64,000 nt of DNA from Nitrosopumilus sp. (lineage in GTDB: Archaea > Thermoproteota > Nitrososphaeria > Nitrososphaerales > Nitrosopumilaceae): the NCBI GenBank assembly GCA_965238275.1, contig OZ250186.1, positions 1,824,001 to 1,888,000 on the forward strand, in the 5' to 3' direction. Both the position numbers and the translations under genes were made by a program. Positions 50,365 through 59,849 of the stretch are shown here, in pieces. Position 1 is the stretch's first letter. Each line of letters begins with the position of its first letter. The notes beneath the pieces are model-generated. The model worked only from the letters and a program-made list of their open reading frames with translations, ran no database searches and was not told where the DNA came from.

Positions 50365-50907
50365 CTACACCTGCAGAATCTTAAACTTGCCTGTCTTGTT
50401 GAGACTGACGAACCTGGAAATCTCAAATATGATCCCCGAGAACGTGTCGTGCCTGTCAGAGAGGATGAATTTTCGGTTCTGTATCGGAGGGGCGTCACGG
50501 GCCAGAACCACCCATATGTTCTGAGCCTCCGGCTGGACCCTGCCCAGCTGTGCTATCCTGTCTTGTATGGCACCAACATCAGATGACTTTGGGATGCATA
50601 CGAGCAGCGCCTTTTTGGGATCCGCCTCCAGCGTCCGGATGTCAGGTATCACTATGTCCAATTCCACCCCCATGTGTTCCACCTTTCTCTGGCTTGGGAT
50701 CATTGCGTTGGTAAGAAGGTAGTGGAGCAGCCCGGTTGCAAGCACCCCGACGGCCTCATCACCCATGGACATGACTGCACCACAGCCATCCATGGCATCC
50801 TTTATGATCAGGTCGAATCTCTTCTCTGAGAGGAATCCCGGGACGGCGTGTGAAGTTTGGATATGCTCAAACAGGAGATCCTTGATTGGGTTGGACTCTT
50901 CAGGCAT
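50365..50907 (-). CDS. Conserved thaumarchaeal hypothetical protein
   Basis: Translationally coupled to HMG-CoA synthase; IPSQRKV..LDIVIPD. Confidence 0.7.
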   Translation of the reverse strand: MPEESNPIKDLLFEHIQTSHAVPGFLSEKRFDLIIKDAMDGCGAVMSMGDEAVGVLATGLLHYLLTNAMIPSQRKVEHMGVELDIVIPDIRTLEADPKKALLVCIPKSSDVGAIQDRIAQLGRVQPEAQNIWVVLARDAPPIQNRKFILSDRHDTFSGIIFEISRFVSLNKTGKFKILQV

Positions 50908-52301
50908 TATTCGTTAAAGGCGTAGCGTCTCTCGCCGCGGGATTCGATATCCGTGTTTACGTTTACCAGAACAAACTCGTCTTTTGTGTACACTATGGGC
51001 TCGCTCGGGGTCAGCATGTTCTCATGAAGCTTTTCATACTCTACCAATGTCAGTCTCGTTCTTTGTCCTATCTCGGTCTCCAGGTTCATGTTTCGTACAA
51101 TCTCCTTGTATCCAGGCTGGATGGTCCCGCTGAATACCATGGCGCTGCTTCCGCTCCCATACGAGCCGAATCCGACCCTCTTGCCTTCTAGGTCTATCCC
51201 CTTTTTGTACTCAAACTCCAGGCTGCTTCGGAATCCCAGATACAGGGAGGCAGTATAGAGGTTCCCTATCATGCTCGAGGCGACAAGTGAGCTTGCAAGC
51301 TTTGATTCGTATATCTCCTGAAACTCCGGGGTCTTGGTAAGCAGTCTTGTAAACTTTTGATCCTTTGTCATGAACTCACCGTCTGCCAGTATGGACTCGA
51401 TTGTGCCCCGCGGATCCTTTGGGACCGGTTCTGGTACCCCCACATGCTGCAGAATATTCTTCCATCGCGGGAGCTGGCGCCATTCGTGCCGGACCAGGTA
51501 CGCCAGGGCCTTCTTTCCCATGTTGCTGTACGGCAGGTGCATGTTGATGTAGTCCATGTGGTCCAGAATGGTTCCATCCGGCTCCAGCTTGATAAGCCCC
51601 GTGGAGAGCGCCTTCTTTTTGTATGCCTCAAGGGCCTTTCTTACCTGAATCATGTAAAGCAGATTGGAGTACTGTCCGTGTACAATCGGGGTCTCTTTTC
51701 CAAACGGCCTGTAAAAGTCATACTCGTCCTTGATTGATGTGGCCGTAACCCGCGGGTCAAACGAGAGCAGTCTTGGCTGATCGTTGAGAAGCAGTACCAG
51801 TGCACCTGCGCCCTGCGTCATCTCGCCGCTGGAGCCCAGGTCGTACTTGGCAATGTCAGATACTACCACCAGGGCGTACTTGCCCTCTGACTCCCCGGCC
51901 CTGATCCAGTTTGTGTTGTCGTAAAGTGCATAGGAGCCGCTGACGCATGCAAACTTGGTCTCGACGCCGCCGCAGTGCTCGAATGTATCCGGCCCATAAA
52001 TCTGCTCAAGCATGCCGACCACATACGAGTTCATTGCCTTGGACTCGTCAAAGGAGGACTCTGTCGAGACGTACAGCCTTCCGATGTCATCAGGGGACAG
52101 ATTGTTCCTCTGCATGACCTTCAGGCATGCGTTTGCCGCAAGGCATGCGGGATCCTGATTGGCATCAACCATCGCCATCTGCGATATGCCCAGGCCCTTT
52201 TGCAGTTTTACCGGATCAACCCCCCTGGCTTCGGCAAAGTCCGAGGCGTCCATGTAGAGCCTGGGAATGTAGATTGCAATGTCATCAATTCCCGCTGCCA
52301 T
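50907..52301 (-). CDS. mvaS: Hydroxymethylglutaryl-CoA synthase
   Basis: TESSFDESK, ETKFAC, GEMTQGAGA, DFYRP, HLPY, IGNLYTASLY, SYGSG. Confidence 0.95.
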   Translation of the reverse strand: MAAGIDDIAIYIPRLYMDASDFAEARGVDPVKLQKGLGISQMAMVDANQDPACLAANACLKVMQRNNLSPDDIGRLYVSTESSFDESKAMNSYVVGMLEQIYGPDTFEHCGGVETKFACVSGSYALYDNTNWIRAGESEGKYALVVVSDIAKYDLGSSGEMTQGAGALVLLLNDQPRLLSFDPRVTATSIKDEYDFYRPFGKETPIVHGQYSNLLYMIQVRKALEAYKKKALSTGLIKLEPDGTILDHMDYINMHLPYSNMGKKALAYLVRHEWRQLPRWKNILQHVGVPEPVPKDPRGTIESILADGEFMTKDQKFTRLLTKTPEFQEIYESKLASSLVASSMIGNLYTASLYLGFRSSLEFEYKKGIDLEGKRVGFGSYGSGSSAMVFSGTIQPGYKEIVRNMNLETEIGQRTRLTLVEYEKLHENMLTPSEPIVYTKDEFVLVNVNTDIESRGERRYAFNE

Positions 52302-52348
52302 AAGCTTGGCTTAGAGGATTCCCTAATAAGGTTATGTGACAGATCATG

Positions 52349-53997
52349 GTATGGACTCAGGTCCGTGCCTAGATTTTAATCGCTTGTGCATCAAATTAGA
52401 CCATGCCGATTTATTGATCTCGGAATCCGCGAACCCACGTGAGCAAATCAGAGATATCGCTCCTACGCAGGGAGCTGGCAAGGGTAGTGACGGAGTTCGA
52501 GAAGTTTAAGAAAACGATGTACAAGACAAATGCCGAACTCACCAAGAAGGTGACGCTGCTCGAGATTGAAAACGACCGCCTGACCCTGGAGAATGCAGGA
52601 TACCGCAGGAGGCTCCGCAAGTACGAAAACCCCAACATGTCCTCGTCCACATATTCGTTGTACAACTCGGACCGCACGGCATTCAGGAAGCGGATGGACA
52701 TGGAGGCCAAGATGGAGTCCGATGGCAGCGGGCCCAAGGAAGGAGAAAAGTCCGAATCGGAAGGCGGACCTGAATCAGAAGGCGAAGGCGCCGGAGACAA
52801 GACCCGCAAGGGACCGCCGGCAGGACACGCCGGCGCCTCGCACAAGAACAAGGCCGAGAGGACCGAGAGTCTGCCAGTGTGCAGGTGCGAAAAGTGCGGA
52901 CGCGGACACCTGGTCCGGATGCCGTCCATTGTCAAGATGGTGTATGATTTTCCCGACGACGGCGCCATGAGGATCGAGCGCGTCGCGTACCTGGTGGGAC
53001 AGGGGTTGTGCAAGAGGTGCAATCACGTCAGCTCTGCCGTGCCTCCCACGATCCCCGGCACGTCGCTTGGCCCCAAGGCCCTGGGGTTTGTGGAGGAGTA
53101 CTACGACAAGAGGAGCACGGACTACACCGTATCATACTATTTCAAGGCGCTGTACGGGTTTGGCATATCGCCAAACGCCATATGGAACGCGCGCAAGGCC
53201 CTCAAAAAGATCCTCAAGGGCGCGTACGAGGGCATACTGGCCCACATCGCCGAGGCCGCGTTCGTGCAGTTTGACGAGTCCCACATGAAGATGAACGGGA
53301 AGAAGGGGTACGTGTGGCTGGTCACCGCCGGGGACGCCACGTATCTGGTGGCCGCCCCGAGCAGGGCGGCCCTCGTGATAAACGCGCATTTTGCCCGGCT
53401 GCTTGGCAAGCCGGTGGTGGTGGATGGGTACACCGTCTACAACATGTTCCCAGTCAAGCAGAGGTGCTGGGTGCACCTGCTGCGCGCCGCAGAAGAGTAC
53501 GCCATCAAGAACGGCGGCAACGATCTTGCCTGCTACCGCAGGCTGCTTGCCCTGTACCGGTCAGTCAAGGACAGGGAGTCTGCCGGATCCGGCGAGTGCC
53601 TGGACCTGGAAAGGACGGTGCTCCAAATCGCCTCGGACTACGGGGAGTCCCACGACTTCCGCACGACGCTTGAGAACGCGGCCCCGTGCATGTTCACGTT
53701 CCTCAGGCATCCGGGCATGCCGCCGCATAACAACGCAGCAGAGCTTGAGATACGCGACACTGCGGTGCTGCACGGGAACGTGCGGCACCAGCTGTCCGAA
53801 CCCGAGGGGCGGGAGGTCTTCTCGGTGCTGATATCAGTGGCGCGCACCTGTCACAAGCAGGGCATCTTCCCGCGCCAAGCAATCGAGAACATCATCATGG
53901 ATCCTGGCTGGAGCATATTCAAGCCACCCGAACAATATCAGAAGGTTTCTGTACCCGCAGTGGCAGCGTAGCGCAGTTTGGCGACCTGAGTCCATAC
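52349..53997 (+). mobile_element. Complete single-ORF IS66-family element
   Basis: Perfect 15-bp TIR GTATGGACTCAGGTC; 8-bp TSD AGATCATG at 52341-48 and 53998-54005. Confidence 0.95.
52439..53971 (+). CDS. IS66 transposase
   Basis: Coiled coil, Zn finger, FDES, VVDGY..Y, QRCWVHLLR, PPHNNAAELEIR. Confidence 0.93.
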   Translation: MSKSEISLLRRELARVVTEFEKFKKTMYKTNAELTKKVTLLEIENDRLTLENAGYRRRLRKYENPNMSSSTYSLYNSDRTAFRKRMDMEAKMESDGSGPKEGEKSESEGGPESEGEGAGDKTRKGPPAGHAGASHKNKAERTESLPVCRCEKCGRGHLVRMPSIVKMVYDFPDDGAMRIERVAYLVGQGLCKRCNHVSSAVPPTIPGTSLGPKALGFVEEYYDKRSTDYTVSYYFKALYGFGISPNAIWNARKALKKILKGAYEGILAHIAEAAFVQFDESHMKMNGKKGYVWLVTAGDATYLVAAPSRAALVINAHFARLLGKPVVVDGYTVYNMFPVKQRCWVHLLRAAEEYAIKNGGNDLACYRRLLALYRSVKDRESAGSGECLDLERTVLQIASDYGESHDFRTTLENAAPCMFTFLRHPGMPPHNNAAELEIRDTAVLHGNVRHQLSEPEGREVFSVLISVARTCHKQGIFPRQAIENIIMDPGWSIFKPPEQYQKVSVPAVAA

Positions 53998-54200
53998 AGA
54001 TCATGGTACATCCCCAGATCCAGATTCAGATTAGGCACAAGAACACGCGATTGTGTGGATATTCACGCCCGAGTTGGAGGGAGGCCTGAGCACGTACAGA
54101 ACAGGACAGACGCCCCATTGCAGTCATGGACGGGCGTGGACATAATTCCCCACCTGCGGGAATCATCCCACGGATGATGATGATGCCACCACCTCAAAGA

Positions 54201-54962
54201 TTACAAATCAGCATCAAGCGCATCCTCAAAGGCCCGCTCAAATGTGTGATACGGCTGTGCGCCGAAGATGCGCGTAACGCTGCCGTCAGGCCCAATCACA
54301 AAGAACGCGGGGGTTCCGCCAAGTTCCAGCGTTTTTGCATCATCGTTGCTTGCAAGAATGGTCCCGGAGTGTGGTCTGTCGGCCATGCATTCAGACCACC
54401 TGTCAGTATCAACTCCGACATCCATGGCAAACCTGTCCAGATTCTCCAGTGATGCCCATCCGTTGTTCTCCCCGGTCCAGTTGGAGTACAGCGTATCATG
54501 GTATTCCCAGAACAGCCCCTGATCACCTGCACAGTGGGCCCCGTGCGAGGCATTAACAGAGTCCGGGCCTATGATGTTGTAGTCCTTGAATATCATTTTG
54601 ACCTGCCCGGTATCCACGTACCCTTCCAGAATCCGCCCTTCCGTAGAGTGGAAGAAGACGTTACAGAAATGGCACTGATAGTCGCCAAACTCCACAAGGA
54701 TTATTGGCGCATCCGCATCCCCCAGAACCGGGGAACCGTGTGCCAGCAGCGTCTCTGCGGCAATACCAGAACCGGTCCTGATGTCCTCAGGATGCTCCAA
54801 TATCGGCGTGTCCTCTGAGCCTCCGGACACAAGCAATGCAACAAGCACCCCGACAGCAGCAACTGCACCCCCAAACCCAACCAACAGACTGCGCCCCAAC
54901 AAACCACGACGGACAGAAATACATTTAGTTCTTTGGGGGGCAATGCTGGGAATCATGCGCAA
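54201..54962 (-). CDS. DsbA/thioredoxin-like oxidoreductase, membrane anchored
   Basis: EFGDYQCHFC, GTPAF, GAQP; start uncertain. Confidence 0.9.
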   Translation of the reverse strand: MRMIPSIAPQRTKCISVRRGLLGRSLLVGFGGAVAAVGVLVALLVSGGSEDTPILEHPEDIRTGSGIAAETLLAHGSPVLGDADAPIILVEFGDYQCHFCNVFFHSTEGRILEGYVDTGQVKMIFKDYNIIGPDSVNASHGAHCAGDQGLFWEYHDTLYSNWTGENNGWASLENLDRFAMDVGVDTDRWSECMADRPHSGTILASNDDAKTLELGGTPAFFVIGPDGSVTRIFGAQPYHTFERAFEDALDADL

Positions 54963-55066
54963 AGGTATGCGCTGCCAATCTCCAGGGCTTTCCCGGGGTC
55001 AGGGACGTGGCGGTTTCATGGATATCCAAAATAATCTAAATAAATGGGTCGGACCCCATCTCATCT

Positions 55067-56119
55067 GTGAAGAAGAAGATCTTTGTCAACGGGTATGGCT
55101 CCATCGGAAGCAGGATTGCCGCATTCCTGATGGACGACCCGGAGGTGTCAGTTGTAGGTGTTGGAAAGTATTCCCATGACGAGGCAGTGGATGAGGCCAT
55201 ATCCAGGGGCCTTGCAGTTTATGTCCCCCGGGACAGGCAGGAACGCTTCCCGGAACACAAGGTTTCAGGAACCGTCGAATCCGCACTGGACGAATGTGAT
55301 CTGGTAATTGATGCATCCCCGGGGGGACGCGGCTTTGCAAACAAGAGGGACCTCTACGAGCCCAGGGGCATTCTGGCCATATACCAGGGAGGAGAGACGG
55401 TTACAGGGCCGGATGCAGTCTCAAAGATCCTATTCAACTCCAGATCAAACTACGATCAGGCACTGGGAGAGCAGCATGTCATGCAGGGCAGCTGCAATGT
55501 GACAGGCATGGGAAGGATGCTCGAACCGCTCCGTGACAGGTACGGCAGTCGCCTGTCCCGCTTTGATGTGACCCTGATAAGGAGATGGGCAGACATGGAA
55601 CAGGCAGACAAGGAGGATGTTCCAGACACCATAGAGATGACAGAGGGGCCCCATCACGGGGATGACGTCAAGGCGTATTTTGGAAGGGACGCGCCGCTCT
55701 TCGTAAGGGCCGTAAAGGTGCCCACAAGGCAGATGCACCTGCACATCATGGATGTCAGGTTTGACGGCACTGCCCCAAAGCCCTCCGAGATTCACAGCAT
55801 ATTTGCAGAAGAGCCCGGGGTTGCCGTTCTCTGGACTGCCAGGGGCACCAGGGATGTAAGGGAGTATGCCAGGAACATGAAGTTCCACTTTACAGACACC
55901 AACATGATTCACATACATGCCAACATGACAGTCTCCATCGGGGACACCGTCCAGATGATGTACTCGGACGACCAAACCGGGATAGTCATTCCGGAGAACC
56001 ACATGCTGATGCAGGCAATGCTGTTTGGAAGGGGATACCGCGAGGCTGCAGCACACACAGAGTCGGTGTTCCACATGGCAGAAAAGAAGCGCCAGCTGCA
56101 GCAGCACTTCAAGGCCTAG
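55067..56119 (+). CDS. gap: Glyceraldehyde-3-phosphate dehydrogenase, archaeal type II
   Basis: VNGYGSIG, YQGGE, SCNVTG, RRWAD, HHGDD, VIPEN. Confidence 0.93.
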   Translation: MKKKIFVNGYGSIGSRIAAFLMDDPEVSVVGVGKYSHDEAVDEAISRGLAVYVPRDRQERFPEHKVSGTVESALDECDLVIDASPGGRGFANKRDLYEPRGILAIYQGGETVTGPDAVSKILFNSRSNYDQALGEQHVMQGSCNVTGMGRMLEPLRDRYGSRLSRFDVTLIRRWADMEQADKEDVPDTIEMTEGPHHGDDVKAYFGRDAPLFVRAVKVPTRQMHLHIMDVRFDGTAPKPSEIHSIFAEEPGVAVLWTARGTRDVREYARNMKFHFTDTNMIHIHANMTVSIGDTVQMMYSDDQTGIVIPENHMLMQAMLFGRGYREAAAHTESVFHMAEKKRQLQQHFKA

Positions 56120-57372
56120 CCGTGGATTCTTCGTATCCTTACACGCTGCGGGATGTTCTTTGATACCGCCTCGACTATTATCCTCAGGTTGTCAATCTCG
56201 ATCTTGTCCCCCTCCTGCGGTATGTCATGAAGCCTCTCGTGCAGCAGCCCGCTGAGCGAGGCATAGTCATCGCCCTCCGGAACCTGGGTATTGAAGATCT
56301 CGTTGATGGTGTCAATCTCGATCTCCCCGCTGGCGATTATGGTGTCGCTGTCTATCCTTTCGTATCCGGCAGGCCTTGCCGCATCAGCCTCATCCTCAAT
56401 CTCGCCGACTATCTCCTCAAGCAGATCCTCCAGGGTAACTAGCCCCTCAGTCCCGCCGTGTTCGTCAATAACGATTGCCATGTGCGTCTTTCTTCCCTTC
56501 ATCTCCTTGAGCAGGGAGCTGACCGTCTTTTCCTGGGATGCAAATACAGGCTCCCTTGCCATCTGTTTGAGCCGAACCATCCGGTTATCCCCTTCAAGCT
56601 CCTTTAGGACGTCCCGGACATGGACAAACCCGACTACCTCGTCCCTTGAATTCTCAAATATTGGAATTCTCGAGTGCCCGCTCTGGTTAATCAGGGGCAG
56701 GGCCTCAAAGAGCAGCATTCCTGAGGGAAGCGTGAACATCCGCGTGCGCGGCGTCATGACAGAACGGATCACAGTATCGTCAAACTTTAGGGCGCCTGCG
56801 GCCATCTCCATCTCATCGCGCTCGATTGCCTTCTCCGCCAGTCCCTGAACAATCACTCCCCGTATCTCATCTTCGGTGATTGGCGGAGGGGTGTGACTGC
56901 TTCCTGTCAGCCGGACAACGCCCAGGGTGATAATCTCAAAGAACTTGACTACGGGGTAGAATGCATAACTGAATGCCAGCAGGACAGGCGCGTATCTGAG
57001 TGCAATCTTTGTAGAGTTTGCATTACAGTACGTCTTGGGGGTGATCTCCCCGAATATCAGAATCAGAAACGTCATTATCCCGACTGCGATTCCCAGCCCC
57101 TCGTCCCCGAACAGCCTTATTGCCACGCTGGTTGCAAGGGCGGAGGCCCCCACGTTGACAAGGTTGTTTCCAAGGTTTACACTTGACATCATCCAGCTTG
57201 GATTTGTCTTGAGCTTGTGCAGGGCCTTGGCGCCCTTCTTTTTGTCATTTAGCAGCTGGGCTATCTTTGATTTGCTGACTCCGACCAGCGCTACTTCCAA
57301 TCCGCTAAAGAAGCCGGACAGCCCGATGAGTACTGCCAGTACCAGTGCTTCAATCCAAAAATCTGCCAACAT
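56116..57372 (-). CDS. CNNM/HlyC-CorC family transporter (DUF21-CBS-CorC)
   Basis: SGFFSGLEVAL, FGEITPK, VMTPR, HSRIP, DEHGG..GLVTLEDLLEEIVGEI. Confidence 0.93.
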   Translation of the reverse strand: MLADFWIEALVLAVLIGLSGFFSGLEVALVGVSKSKIAQLLNDKKKGAKALHKLKTNPSWMMSSVNLGNNLVNVGASALATSVAIRLFGDEGLGIAVGIMTFLILIFGEITPKTYCNANSTKIALRYAPVLLAFSYAFYPVVKFFEIITLGVVRLTGSSHTPPPITEDEIRGVIVQGLAEKAIERDEMEMAAGALKFDDTVIRSVMTPRTRMFTLPSGMLLFEALPLINQSGHSRIPIFENSRDEVVGFVHVRDVLKELEGDNRMVRLKQMAREPVFASQEKTVSSLLKEMKGRKTHMAIVIDEHGGTEGLVTLEDLLEEIVGEIEDEADAARPAGYERIDSDTIIASGEIEIDTINEIFNTQVPEGDDYASLSGLLHERLHDIPQEGDKIEIDNLRIIVEAVSKNIPQRVRIRRIHG

Positions 57373-57488
57373 TCCCTCCGAAAGAATTGCTTGGAATAAT
57401 TGTGCCTTTGCTCATTTAGTTCTTTGACACCATCTCTTGGTTGCAGTATATGTGCCGAACATGGATTTAATCTTTTCATTTTGCCGGC

Positions 57489-57540
57489 ACTGGGAAGTTG
57501 CTGGGGTATGATTCTCTCCGGGAAACGTCGGGGTATAGCA
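57489..57540 (-). repeat. Intergenic repeat, inverted relative to 59671-59722
   Basis: Reverse complement matches 59671-59722 at 44/52 nt; internal ATACCCC sub-repeats. Confidence 0.75.
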
Positions 57541-57793
57541 TGACTCGATCTTCTCGGCAGTATGAAAAGTTCAGATTCAGACAAAACAACGCTCCACGCA
57601 AGGCGTTGTCCACATTTTGATAATCCCGCTCTATTTCACACTATTTTTGGTTTATTTTGGCACCCCAAATCTGGACTCCGAAGGGAGTTTTGGTGTTGAC
57701 AGGTTTACTATTAGTCGCTTTTGAGCCGTTTTCATCATGTGGTGTATAGCATCTGCTGGAACCGGAAACCGGCATTCTGCCCCTACAGGAGCC

Positions 57794-58630
57794 CTATGCT
57801 ACCAGATTGTAACAGATGTTTCGCAGAATTACCTGGAGCCTCTGCATGGGGAGCGTCTTTGCGGCCACTACGGAGCCGAACCTTTCCTTCATGGATGAAA
57901 ACACCGACTCGACAGGGCTGCGTTGGTGATACACCTTCTCGAATCCGTCCTGATCCCGCCTGAACCAGCGGAGCATCTCTGCCCGGGGGTTGAAACCCTT
58001 TGCGGTGTGGTTCTTGCGGGGCCATATCACCGGCTTCCTGCCGCTGTCGTAGATCATCTTGCAGTTGGCGCGTGCGTCATATGCCGAATCCAGCATGACG
58101 TGCCCGTCACCGTCTGGCACGCGGGCAATCATCTTTCGGAATATCGGCGAGTCGTGGGTGCGTCCGGGCGTCACCATGCATGCGACGATCTTTCCATGGG
58201 GGGCCACCAGTATATGCAGCTTGACGAACTGACGCCTGGACACGATGCCCTTCTTGGCATCCTCCCAGTCGGCGTAGACGTTGATTGAGAATCCGGTTGC
58301 GTCCCCGAGGAGAGGACCGTGTGCATCACTGCCTGCCTGTCTTAGGATCGTCTCTGCCAGAACCTCCTGCTTTTCTGCCAACCTCTTGGCTGCCGCATGC
58401 AGGCACGATTTGGACGGAACAGCTTTTAAGCCGCATACGTGCAGTGAACCTGGGTTTGCCTCTAGGTACGAGACGTGTTCCCGGTATGAGTTGCCGCGAA
58501 ACTCCTTGTCCATGAGGCAGATCAAGTAGGAGATCTCACGCCGGTCCTTATCAGATTTTGGTTTGAAGATCTCGTACAGGGTGGTGGCAAGGGAATCGGA
58601 TTCTGATTGATACTCGTTTCCCCTCTCCAC
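57794..58630 (-). CDS. IS5-family DDE transposase (N-terminus probably in an out-of-frame ORF from 58748)
   Basis: GDATGF, KLHI, HDSP, LDSAYD, YHQRSPVESVFSSMK. Confidence 0.85.
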   Translation of the reverse strand: MERGNEYQSESDSLATTLYEIFKPKSDKDRREISYLICLMDKEFRGNSYREHVSYLEANPGSLHVCGLKAVPSKSCLHAAAKRLAEKQEVLAETILRQAGSDAHGPLLGDATGFSINVYADWEDAKKGIVSRRQFVKLHILVAPHGKIVACMVTPGRTHDSPIFRKMIARVPDGDGHVMLDSAYDARANCKMIYDSGRKPVIWPRKNHTAKGFNPRAEMLRWFRRDQDGFEKVYHQRSPVESVFSSMKERFGSVVAAKTLPMQRLQVILRNICYNLVA

Positions 58631-58714
58631 TCCTTCTCACCTCGTATTCTTTGCTGTAGCCTTTCGGCCGCACCCATTTCTCCTTGTTTTCCTTGTCTTT
58701 GTCTTCCTTGGCTC

Positions 58715-58917
58715 TCTTTGCCTTCCTCTTTTTTCTATTGGAATTCATTAATTGTGAGCGGGATCGGTGATCCAAAACTTTTCTGGTGTCTGACGCTAAT
58801 GATCTTTAAGCGTAACGTTATCTTTCGGCCTGTTCTTTGCCTTCCTCTTTTTTCTATTGGAATTCATTTTTTTGACTTTTCTGGTGTCTGACGCTAAGAT
58901 CTTTAAGCGTAACGTTA
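58715..58917 (+). repeat. Imperfect tandem duplication of transposase 5' region
   Basis: TCTTTGCCTTCCTCTTTTTTCTATTGGAATTCATT and ACTTTTCTGGTGTCTGACGCTAA..CTTTAAGCGTAACGTTA each occur twice. Confidence 0.85.
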
Positions 58918-58990
58918 CTTTTTTGAGGAAGATGTGGACAACGCCCTCCACGCAACAATGCTTTTTATAGCTCTTTTCAGGCAAAATGCC

Positions 58991-59530
58991 GTGCAACAGA
59001 CACATTACAACAAACTCATCCTTGTAATGCTGGGCCTTGTCGTGTTTTGCTCAGTCGTCGCGTCCCTGGTCGTGGTCTTCTTTTTAGCTCCAGTGGTGAT
59101 TTATGGCGGCGGACCGTTCGGGATGGGCGAACCCCCGGATATTCCGGATGACGTGCTGCAGGATCTAAAGGATGAGATTTACGCACTAGAGTCCGTAACC
59201 ACGTTCAAAGAGGCATATCCAAGTTACAGGGAGCACTTTGAGGAACACTATGGTGTGGAATACGTCATACAGGCCAGAAATTCAAACACGGGCAACATAT
59301 TATCACTAATGATCAACTATTACCCCCTGGGGCCTCCCGGAAGCACCGACGAATTCCAAAGCAACTCCCACCTGGAATGCATTCCGGGAGAGGGAATTTT
59401 GGGACCCGAAAGCATGATGATGCAAAACATGTTCAGAGGGGGCGGGGAGGACCTGTTCATTCACGAAACAATCAGTACCACAAACTGTCTTGATGACGAT
59501 TGGGAACCGGTCATGGTAACCGACAGGTAG
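58991..59530 (+). CDS. Membrane-anchored acidic hypothetical protein
   Basis: TATA at 58962-58968, GTG at 58991, N-terminal TM. Confidence 0.65.
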   Translation: MQQTHYNKLILVMLGLVVFCSVVASLVVVFFLAPVVIYGGGPFGMGEPPDIPDDVLQDLKDEIYALESVTTFKEAYPSYREHFEEHYGVEYVIQARNSNTGNILSLMINYYPLGPPGSTDEFQSNSHLECIPGEGILGPESMMMQNMFRGGGEDLFIHETISTTNCLDDDWEPVMVTDR

Positions 59531-59629
59531 TCACGAGGGTGCCGATCCAAATCCCGCTTACACATTTCCAACCGATGATCAGAACGTTTACGTTGTGGGT
59601 CACTCTGGCAAGTCACTAAGATGGGTTCT

Positions 59630-59775
59630 CATACCCCGATAACTTCCCAGTACCTGTAAAACCGAACTGTTGCCATACCCCGACGTTTCCCAGAGAGGAT
59701 CATACCCCGATAACTTTTCAGTATTGTCGATCTACTGAATTTCCCGCGTAGAATGATCTACCGATAACTTCCCAA
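59630..59775 (+). repeat. Four degenerate copies of (CATACC)CCGATAACTTCCCA motif
   Basis: Copies at ~59630, 59674, 59701, 59761. Confidence 0.75.
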
Positions 59776-59849
59776 AACTATTTTGCCGAATGAGATTCAC
59801 AACTCAGGGTCACAGGCACGGCATACACATATGGTTGATGCAGGGCAGG

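Larger units (their letters stand above)
57602..58945 (-). mobile_element. IS5-family element
   Basis: Perfect 14-bp TIR GGCGTTGTCCACAT; 10-bp TSD CTCCACGCAA at 57592-57601 and 58946-58955. Confidence 0.92.

Noticed and set aside
49439-50524. 361-aa plus-strand ORF
   Set aside because: Antisense shadow of the IS630 transposase that crosses the IS boundary
58934-58990. ORF start at 58934
   Set aside because: Lies within the IS terminal repeat, upstream of the TATA box; GTG at 58991 is preferred
59630-59775. Possible mini-CRISPR array
   Set aside because: Repeats are degenerate, spacing is irregular (44, 27, ~54-60 bp) and there are no cas genes
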